From: Myxococcales bacterium | Lineage (GTDB): Bacteria > Myxococcota_A > Polyangia > Polyangiales > DASUME01 | Assembly (NCBI GenBank): GCA_047601445.1 | Contig: JASGJH010000001.1 | Coordinates: 8,480,001 to 8,544,000, forward strand | DNA length: 64,000 nt | Direction of reading: 5' to 3' | In this document: positions 56,552 through 64,000 of the stretch, one piece after another | Position numbering within the stretch: position 1 is the stretch's first letter | Layout: the number at the start of each line of letters is the position of its first letter | Notes under the pieces: model-generated | What the model saw: the letters and a program-made list of their open reading frames with translations, nothing else | What the model was told of the DNA's origin: nothing | The model's database searches: none | Program-made: the position numbers and the translations under genes

Positions 56552-59500
56552 GTGTTGGCGAGGTTCTCGGTTCAGCGGTGGCAGTTTACCCTCGTGGTGT
56601 TTGGCGCCCTCTTGGCGCTGGGCGTCTACGCGCTGGTGAGCATCCCAAAGGCCGAGGATCCGACCTTTCCGATTCCCAACTTTCGCGTGGTTGCCGTGCT
56701 GCCTGGCGCACAGCCTCAGGAGCTCGAGCGGTCGGTCATCGATCCCATCGAGACCAAGCTTTCTACCCTCGAAGACCTGAAGCGAATCCGCAGCGAAGCT
56801 CGCGACGGCGTAGCGGTGATCTTCGCCGAGTTCCACCCGGAGATCGACAGCGACCGCAAGCACGACGAGGTCCAGCGTGAGGTCAATGCGCTGCGTGGGC
56901 TGTTGCCGGCCCAGCTCTCGCGTCTCGACGTCACCATGTACAACGCCGCCAATGTCCATGTGTTGGAACTGGCGCTGACCAGCGATGGGGCGGCCTACCG
57001 CGCTCTCGACTCTGTCGCGCGCCGTCTGAAGCGCCGCCTCGAGAGCGTGACGGGCGTGGGCGATGTCCAAATTTCTGGTTTGCCCAAGCGTGAAGTCACG
57101 GTGACGCTCCATGCGGCCCACATGGTCGCAAACCACATCTCGCCGCTCGAGATCTACCGTGCGATCTCGGAGGATAGCGCGAGCGTGCCAGCGGGCAGCA
57201 TCGAGGTCGGTGCCCGACGCATGAACGTGGTCGCCGGCGGCGAGTACGAGTCGCTGGACGAGATCCGCTCCACTGTGATCCGCACGGTCGATGGTGTGCC
57301 GCTCACGGTAGGGCAGGTCGCGGACGTGGTCCTGACCGACGCCGAGGCCTCGCACATCGCGCGCTTCGACGGACAGCGCGCGGTGCTGATCGCGGTTGCG
57401 GCCCGCGAGGGCCAGAGCGTTCTGCAGGTGATGAAGGCGGTGGACACAGAACTCGCGGCGTTCGAACCCACCTTGCCGTCGAACGTGCGGCTACAGCGTG
57501 GCTTCGAACAGGCGGTGAATGTCGAGCGCCGTCTCGGCATGTTCGCGCGAGACTTTCTGCTGGCCATCGTGATCGTCCTGGCCACCTTGCTCCCGCTCGG
57601 CCTGCGTGCCGCGACCGTCGTGATGGTCTCGATCCCGCTCAGCTTGTCGATCGGCGTCTTCCTTCTGAAGCAGTGCGGCTTTAGCGTCAACCAACTGAGC
57701 CTGGTGGGCTTCGTGCTCGCGCTCGGATTGCTGGTCGACGACTCCGTGGTCGTGGTGGAGAACATTACGCGTCACGTGCGCGAAGGGCGTTCGCCACGCG
57801 AGGCGGCCGTACGTGCTACCCAGGAAATTTCGGCGAGCGTGCTCGGCTGCACGGCCACCTTGATCTTGGCGTTCGTTCCCCTGCTGGCCCTGCCGGGCGC
57901 CTCCGGACAGTTCATTCGCTCGATGCCCCTGGCCCTGGTGCTTACCGTGGGAGCCTCGCTACTCGTGTCGCTCACGGTCGTGCCTTTCCTGGCGAGCATC
58001 CTGATCAAACCCGAGGCCGAGCACGGTAACGCTTTCTTTCGCGGGATGATCTGGCTCGTCGAGGGGGCCTATCGACCCATCCTCGGTCGCGCGCTTGCAC
58101 ATCCGTACCTCACGCTGGTCGCGACGGCGCTGCTCTTCGCAGGCAGCATCGCGCTGATCCCGCGCGTCGGGTTCAGCCTCTTTCCAAAGGCCGAAATTCC
58201 CCAGTTTCTGGTCAAAGTCGAGGCGGGCGAGGGCGCGAGCTTGGCGGAGACTGACCGCGCCACGCGCTACGTCGAGGCGGTGCTTGCGCGCCATCCGGAG
58301 GTAAGTCGGGTCGCCAGCACCATCGGCAAAGGCCAACCGCAAATCTACTACAACGTGCAGCCGGCCGCGGAGAAGACCAACACCGCCGAGGTGTTTGCGC
58401 AGGCCGACAGCAAGAGCCCCGAACGACGTGCGAAGCTCTTTCAAGCGCTGAGGCAAGAGCTCGCGACCTTTGCGGGTGCGCGCATCGAGCTCTTCGAGTT
58501 CGAGAATGGCCCTCCGGTCGAGGCGCCCATCGCGTTGCGCCTCATCAGCGATGACGAAGCAGCCCTGCGCGTCGCCGCGGGCTACGTGGAAAAGCAGCTG
58601 AAGGAGACCCGGGGAACGCGAGACGTCAAGAACCCCATGCGGGCTCGGCGTACCGACCTTCGCATCGAACTCGACCGTGAGCGGGCCGGTCTCGTCGGCG
58701 TGAGCCTGCCGGCCGCGGAGCAGATGATTCGCCTGGCGGTCGGCGGCGTGCGTGCCGGGTCGTTTCGTGAGAGCGGAGCAGACGAAGCCTACGCGGTGCG
58801 CTTGACGCTACCACGCGAGCAGACGCCCACGATGGGTGGGGCGCGACCTGGACTGGAGGTGCTCGAGGCGCTGCACGTGCCGAACCACAAGGGCGATCCA
58901 GTGCCGCTCACGCAGTTCTCCCGCGACGTCTTCGAGCCGTCGGCGACGACCATTCGTCACCACAACCGCGAGCGCGGTACCACCGTGAGCGCCTTCGTGG
59001 AGCCTGGCTTCAACGTGGGCCATGTGACCAACGACGTGCTGTCGCGCATCGCTCAACGAGCTCTGGCTGGGGTGCGCCTGGTGCCAGCGGGCGAACTCGA
59101 AACGCGAAACGAGAGCTTTGGTGGCCTCGGGGTCGCGCTGATTGTGGCGGCCTTCGGCATTCTGGGCGTACTGGTCCTGGAGTTCGGCAACTTCAAGGGA
59201 ACGGCCATCGTCGCGTCCGTGATCCCGTTGGGGGTCATCGGCGGCGTGCTCGCGCTGTGGTTCAGTGGTAACGCACTGTCGTTCATCGCCACGGTAGGGT
59301 TCATCGCGCTGATGGGCATCGAAGTGAAGAACTCCATCTTGCTGGTGGACTTCACGAACCACCTTCGCGCTCAAGGCGCGAGTATCGACGACGCCATCAT
59401 GCGTGCCGGCGAGACCCGCTTCGTGCCGGTCTTGCTCACCACGCTGACGGCCATCGGCGGCCTCATTCCGCTCATCCTGTCGAAATCCGCGCTCTACTCG

Positions 59501-59677
59501 CCACTGGCGTGGGTCATCCTGGGTGGCCTCATCAGTTCCACGATTCTTACGCGCATCGTTACGCCGGTGCTCTACCGGTTGCTTGCGCCCCGCGTTGAGT
59601 TGCACGCGGGCGAAGGTGTTCAGGACGCGGCTCAGAGCTTCGTTTCGCCGGAATCTCTGCCGAGTCAGGTTGTCTAA
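56552..59677 (+). CDS. RND efflux permease (AcrB/AcrD/AcrF family)
   Basis: 1041 aa; GLLVDDSVVVVENI; GIEVKNSILLVDF; RFVPVLLTT. Confidence 0.95.
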   Translation: MLARFSVQRWQFTLVVFGALLALGVYALVSIPKAEDPTFPIPNFRVVAVLPGAQPQELERSVIDPIETKLSTLEDLKRIRSEARDGVAVIFAEFHPEIDSDRKHDEVQREVNALRGLLPAQLSRLDVTMYNAANVHVLELALTSDGAAYRALDSVARRLKRRLESVTGVGDVQISGLPKREVTVTLHAAHMVANHISPLEIYRAISEDSASVPAGSIEVGARRMNVVAGGEYESLDEIRSTVIRTVDGVPLTVGQVADVVLTDAEASHIARFDGQRAVLIAVAAREGQSVLQVMKAVDTELAAFEPTLPSNVRLQRGFEQAVNVERRLGMFARDFLLAIVIVLATLLPLGLRAATVVMVSIPLSLSIGVFLLKQCGFSVNQLSLVGFVLALGLLVDDSVVVVENITRHVREGRSPREAAVRATQEISASVLGCTATLILAFVPLLALPGASGQFIRSMPLALVLTVGASLLVSLTVVPFLASILIKPEAEHGNAFFRGMIWLVEGAYRPILGRALAHPYLTLVATALLFAGSIALIPRVGFSLFPKAEIPQFLVKVEAGEGASLAETDRATRYVEAVLARHPEVSRVASTIGKGQPQIYYNVQPAAEKTNTAEVFAQADSKSPERRAKLFQALRQELATFAGARIELFEFENGPPVEAPIALRLISDDEAALRVAAGYVEKQLKETRGTRDVKNPMRARRTDLRIELDRERAGLVGVSLPAAEQMIRLAVGGVRAGSFRESGADEAYAVRLTLPREQTPTMGGARPGLEVLEALHVPNHKGDPVPLTQFSRDVFEPSATTIRHHNRERGTTVSAFVEPGFNVGHVTNDVLSRIAQRALAGVRLVPAGELETRNESFGGLGVALIVAAFGILGVLVLEFGNFKGTAIVASVIPLGVIGGVLALWFSGNALSFIATVGFIALMGIEVKNSILLVDFTNHLRAQGASIDDAIMRAGETRFVPVLLTTLTAIGGLIPLILSKSALYSPLAWVILGGLISSTILTRIVTPVLYRLLAPRVELHAGEGVQDAAQSFVSPESLPSQVV

Positions 59678-59719
59678 GTAAGGGTCGAAGACCCGTTCGT
59701 AAGGGTCGAAGACCCGTTC
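59678..59719. repeat. Exact 21-bp tandem duplication, each unit a hairpin
   Basis: GTAAGGGTCGAAGACCCGTTC x2, with a GGGTC-GAA-GACCC stem-loop, immediately after the RND stop. Confidence 0.85.
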
Positions 59720-59742
59720 CCCCGCATCGTTCGTTTCGTGTC

Positions 59743-59762
59743 TTGACGACGTTCTGTCGTCA
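59743..59762 (+). promoter_or_regulatory. Candidate promoter/operator of the Rieske-FAAL-PKS genes
   Basis: TTGACG overlapping the inverted repeat TGACGAC-N5-GTCGTCA. Confidence 0.5.
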
Positions 59763-59887
59763 TGATGCTTCGCGTCTGTAGAACGACAGTGCACGAGCAC
59801 TGGCGCTGAAAAGTTTCAACGGGTGAGCCTGCGTGGCGCACTCGGCGTGGCTTCCATTGCCTTCTTACCGCCCCCCCCAGGAGTTCC

Positions 59888-61075
59888 GTGGATAACCTCA
59901 ATAACCCGGTCGTGCGCGCGTTCTCGGATGCAAATGGAGAGCGCAACAAAAGCCAACGTCATCACTGGTGGCCCGTGGCCTACAGCTCGGAGCTCGGTTC
60001 CGACAAGCCCCTGGCCATCAAGCTATTCGGCGAGCCGCTCGCGCTGTTTCGAGGCAAGGACCGGGTTGGCTGTGTTGCGGATGTATGTCCGCACAAGTCG
60101 GCCGCGCTCTCCGCAGGCTTCGTCGAAAACGGAGAGCTCGCATGTCGTTACCATGGCTGGCGCTTTGACCCAGGAGGCGCATGTTCCTATCCCGAGGAGC
60201 TGAGAGACCGACGTAAGACGGCGCGCTACGCGTATCCGGCGCTGGACGACGGGCTCTTGATTTGGGTGTTCCCCTCCACCGACGAGCCGGTCGAGTTCGT
60301 GAATCCGGTGCTCGAGCACGCACGGCGCGTCGGCGCGAAAATCCGCGCATTCAAGCCACGAAAGTTCGAGTTCGACCAACCCTGGGAGCTCTGGGCAGCG
60401 AGCTTCGTCGACGGTACTCACCACGAGTACGCCCACCCCAAGACGTTCATGGAATCGCAGCGCGACACGCTCACCTTCATGTTCGACCCCGCGCTGAGTC
60501 CGGCTGCCATGGTGGTCCGCGGTCGTCACGATCGCACCATGGGAGTGCTCGCCTATCTGACTTTCAGTCCGGAGGAAGAAGGCAGACACAAGCAGTTCCT
60601 GACTCTCTTCCCGACCTCCGACATCCTCCCGGGTCCATTGAGTTGCGGCATCTTCCGCACATTCCGCATCGCGGAGTTGCTCTATCAAGTGGTCTACGAA
60701 GACTACTACTTGATCGTGAAGCAAGCGGAGCGCATTCGCCAAGGCGCTTCCAAGTGGGGCATTCGCGGCCGCTATGGCGCGCCAACGTCGGATCAGTTCA
60801 TCGACTGGCACCGCGAACGTGAGCTCGATCCTGTCTGGTTCCACGCCTACGGCGCCGACGGCATGCCCGTCCTCGGTGCGGGGGACGCATCCCCGCGGCC
60901 TGGCAAGCCCGCGCTGCCGATTCTCCAGGATTCGGGCCCGGAACTTGGACCGACGCTCGCGCGGACGCCGCGGGCTACCTTCGAAGATGCGAGCCCCAGC
61001 ACCTGGAGCAGATTGGCTCTCTATGACCGCGTGGTGAAGGGAATCGCGGAGGGCGCATTGCGCATGTCTCGCTAG
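59888..61075 (+). CDS. Rieske [2Fe-2S] oxygenase (VanA/PaO-like)
   Basis: WWPVA; DVCPHK...CRYHGW; mononuclear iron motif DGTHHEYAH. Confidence 0.88.
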   Translation: MDNLNNPVVRAFSDANGERNKSQRHHWWPVAYSSELGSDKPLAIKLFGEPLALFRGKDRVGCVADVCPHKSAALSAGFVENGELACRYHGWRFDPGGACSYPEELRDRRKTARYAYPALDDGLLIWVFPSTDEPVEFVNPVLEHARRVGAKIRAFKPRKFEFDQPWELWAASFVDGTHHEYAHPKTFMESQRDTLTFMFDPALSPAAMVVRGRHDRTMGVLAYLTFSPEEEGRHKQFLTLFPTSDILPGPLSCGIFRTFRIAELLYQVVYEDYYLIVKQAERIRQGASKWGIRGRYGAPTSDQFIDWHRERELDPVWFHAYGADGMPVLGAGDASPRPGKPALPILQDSGPELGPTLARTPRATFEDASPSTWSRLALYDRVVKGIAEGALRMSR

Positions 61076-61125
61076 GGCGGTCTGGCCGTCCGCTTCCTGA
61101 CTGTCCATTCACAAGGAGTTCTGAG

Positions 61126-63229
61126 GTGACCCCAAGCTTCGAAAATCTAGTTGATGCCGCACGCGCACGCGGGATGGAGTGCGAAGGTCGTCCGATGTAC
61201 ACGTTCCTCGAGGACGGAGAGTCGAACGCGCGAAGTCTGACTTCGGCTGAGCTCGACAGGCACGCCCGATCCGTGGCGGCCGCGTTGCAAGCGCGCTTTG
61301 CCCCAGGCTCGCGGCTGGTGTTGGCCTTGCCGCCAGGACTCGACTACGTGGTCTCGTTCTGGTCCTGCCTGTACGCGGGGGTTTGCGCCGTTCCGCTCTA
61401 TCCACCCATGAACCCCAAGCATGTGGGTCGCATGATCTCGGTGATGCGAGACTGCGACGCGGCGGGCGTCATCACGCTCGGCGCCTTCGCTGGCATCATG
61501 GGGAGCTGGCTGTCGGCCCAGGGCACCGACCCCACGCAGTATCAGTGGCTGAGCATTGATGGAATCGCGCGCGACGAGTTCGCCGCTTGGACGCGCCCAG
61601 CGCTCGAGCCAGAGTCGATCGCCTTCCTGCAGTACACCTCGGGCTCCACCGGCGAGCCCAAGGGGGTCATGCTGAGCCACCGCGCGCTGACCTACAATTC
61701 CAAGGTGATTTACGAGGCCTACGAGCAGGTCTTCGAGACCGCCAAGCAGCCGCTGGGCAAGGTTTCGGTGAGCTGGCTGCCCCCCTATCACGACCTCGGG
61801 CTGATCGACGGCGTTCTGCAGCCGGCCCTTGCGGGCAAGCACGCCGTGTTGATGTCGCCGCTGGCGTTCCTCGAAAAGCCCGCGCGCTGGCTGAAGGCCA
61901 TCACCAAGTATCGTGGGACCACGTCGGGCGGCCCCTGCTTCGGCTACGACCTGTGCGAGCGCAAGGTCTCCGAGGCAGACCTTGCGGAGCTCGACCTGAG
62001 CTCCTGGTACTGCTCCTACAACGCGGCCGAGCCGATTCGGCGTGAGGTCGTCGAGCGGTTCACGGCGAAGTTCGAGCGCTGCGGCTATCAGCGTCACGCG
62101 TTCACGCCCGTCTACGGACTGGCCGAGGCGTCGCTGATGGTGACCGGTGACTGCAAGTTCGGCAACAACTACTGGGTCGCGCTCGATCGAGACAAGCAGA
62201 GCGAGGCCGTCGTGGTGCGCGGCCCGAGCAACAAGACCGACTATGCCCTGGTCTCCCTGGGACACGCTCGCGGGGACACCAAGCTGCGCGTGGTGAACCC
62301 CGAGACGATGCGGCCTTGCGCGCCGCGCGAGATCGGCGAGGCATGGATCTCGGGCTCGAGCTTGGCTCATGGTTACTGGGGCAAGCCCGAGCTGAACGCG
62401 GCGGTGTTCTCGGCGTTCACGCGCGACGCCGACGGTGCTCAGCTCGAAGGACCCTTCTTCCGCACGGGAGACCTGGGCTTTCTCACGGAGGATGGGACCT
62501 TCTTCATCAGTGGCCGGCTCAAGGATCTCATCATCCTGCGCGGCAAGAACCACTACCCGCAGGACATCGAAGCGAGCGCGCAGCACGGGCACGCCAGCCT
62601 ACGCGGCGGTGGCGGCGCGGCATTCTCGGTGCAAGGCGCCGATGGCGAAGCCCTGGTCCTGGTGCAAGAGGTTCGAGCCAACGTGCCGCCAGAGTCTTGG
62701 CCGGACATCTTGCGGGCGGCCGAGCGGGCCATCGTCGAGAACCATGGCGTGACTCCCCACGACATCGTCTTGATCGCCCACAACGGTTTGCCCAAGACAT
62801 CCAGCGGGAAGATCCGGCGCTTCAAGGCCCGTGAGAAGTACCTGGACGGGTCGATGACCATCCTCGCGAGCTCGCGGGGGAGCCGCGAAACGGAGAGCGC
62901 CGAGCGAGAGAAGCGCCTCCGCAAGGTCGAGCGCAAGATGGTGGCCTGGATTGCCGAGCACGCCGACCTCGAGCTCCAGGCGGTGGGTCGCGACACGGAC
63001 TTCGCGGAGTTCGGCATCGATTCCGTGGCGGTGGTGGAGCTGATCTGCGAGGTCGAAGAGGTGGTGGGCTTCAGAGATCGCCGACGGCGCAGCGTCGCAA
63101 TGCCGGACGGTGGCCCAACTGCTGGCCTTCCTCGAGACCGATGCGGCGCGCGCGGGTCGGAGCCCGGTTGAGCCGGCTCCGGCGCCCAGCGATGGCGCGA
63201 CTGTGGAGTTCGTGGTGCCGAGGCTCTGA
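61126..63229 (+). CDS. Fatty acyl-AMP ligase (FAAL) fused to an acyl carrier protein (one frameshift at ~63073)
   Basis: FLQYTSGSTGEPKG; SWLPPYHDLGLI; YGLAEA; FRTGDLG; GRLKDLII; PKTSSGK; ACP motif FGIDSV; removing one A completes the ACP. Confidence 0.9.
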
Positions 63230-63283
63230 CGAGGAGCCCACAAAGAGAACGAAGGCCATCCTGAGGATGGAAAGGGTGTTGCT

Positions 63284-64000
63284 ATGATATCGGACGTAGA
63301 CGGAAGCGTACTGACTGATTTCAGAACCGTTCAGCTGACGGAGCCGAAAAAACAAGAGGACGTGTTGAACTACTTCGCCTGGGTGATCGCGGCGCACCGC
63401 TGTCGCGACCTGAAGGTCAAGGAGGCGACCGAAGCGCAGGCCATCATGGCCGATGTCAAAGAGAAGGTGTGGGCCTATGGCGTAACGCCGGAGCATATCC
63501 GCGCGCGCCAGCTCAACGCACTGCCTAGTCTATCTGGAGAGGCCAGCAATACGCCGGGGCTCCCCGACCTGATGAGCTTCGAGGATGGCCCCCAGGGGGG
63601 CGACTTGAGGCACAAGATGAAGCGCTACAAAGACGTGGCGCGTGCAGCCTTCGAGAAGGCGTATGACCGGGATGCGACCCGGCCAAGCAGTTTGATCCAC
63701 GTCACGTGCGCTGGATACGTGTCCCCCAGCGCGGCACAGGAGTTCGTTTCAGAGCGCGGCTGGAACGATACCGGCGTGACCCACTCCTACCACATGGGGT
63801 GCTACGGCGCGTTTCCTCCGGTCAAGATGGCGACGGGCTATCTGGCACGCGGTGCCACGGATGGGCTCGGGTTCAATGACGAGCAAGTCGACATCGTGCA
63901 CACGGAGTTCCTCTCCTTGCACGGGGACTACTCGACCGTCGATCCCGGCTCGCTCGTGAACATGACGCTGTTCGCCGACGGCTTCGCCAAGTACTCCGTG
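63284..64000 (+). CDS. Type III polyketide synthase-like protein; 3' end outside window
   Basis: My translation is open from ATG 63284 to the edge: LIHVTCAGYVSP; YHMGCYGA (catalytic Cys region); VHTEFLSLH; TLFADG. Confidence 0.85.
   Translation, partial: MISDVDGSVLTDFRTVQLTEPKKQEDVLNYFAWVIAAHRCRDLKVKEATEAQAIMADVKEKVWAYGVTPEHIRARQLNALPSLSGEASNTPGLPDLMSFEDGPQGGDLRHKMKRYKDVARAAFEKAYDRDATRPSSLIHVTCAGYVSPSAAQEFVSERGWNDTGVTHSYHMGCYGAFPPVKMATGYLARGATDGLGFNDEQVDIVHTEFLSLHGDYSTVDPGSLVNMTLFADGFAKYSV

Noticed and set aside
59678..59719. Mini CRISPR array
   Set aside because: Two abutting units with no spacer and no cas genes
56078..62592. Long minus-strand ORFs (56078-57355, 58808-59800, 60023-61108, 61147-62592)
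   Set aside because: Antisense shadows of the RND, Rieske and FAAL genes

Overview
High-GC bacterial window. The Cys-rich lipoproteins, PEGA/TPR, vWA and DUF1566 proteins suggest a myxobacterium-like host (inference). It has three parts. (1) 1-30.3 kb is ordinary accessory genome: VOC, ArsR-SRPBCC, DUF1254, AlkA-like glycosylase, Tat phospholipase C, ECF41 sigma with its oxidoreductase, NarK, hotdog-fold genes with MarR, O-methyltransferase, threonine dehydratase, secreted proteins and an orphan Rhs core. (2) 30.35-53.2 kb holds two elements stacked at the 3' end of a tRNA-Pro(TGG) gene (53119-53192, minus strand), marked by partial tRNA copies at 38603-38648 and 30348-30391. The younger element (~14.5 kb) resembles a phage satellite: tyrosine integrase with matching arm-like repeats at both ends, excisionase-like HTH, Prim-Pol/DUF3987 replicase and no structural genes. 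Its cargo is dense in defence-type genes: a Schlafen/AlbA_2 fusion, a DUF4062 fusion, DUF2971 and a Gabija-like OLD nuclease plus UvrD pair. The older element (~8.2 kb) is decayed and holds a terminase fragment, an HNH protein, a Zn-ribbon/NDT-TIR-like protein, an OmpA-like gene with a partial duplication and an intact IS3. (3) 53.8-64 kb is a probable biosynthetic cluster running off the window: TetR, dienelactone hydrolase, RND pump, Rieske oxygenase, FAAL-ACP and a type III PKS. Several genes carry single-base frameshifts that may be sequencing errors. All family calls come from motif recognition by eye; no database search was run.
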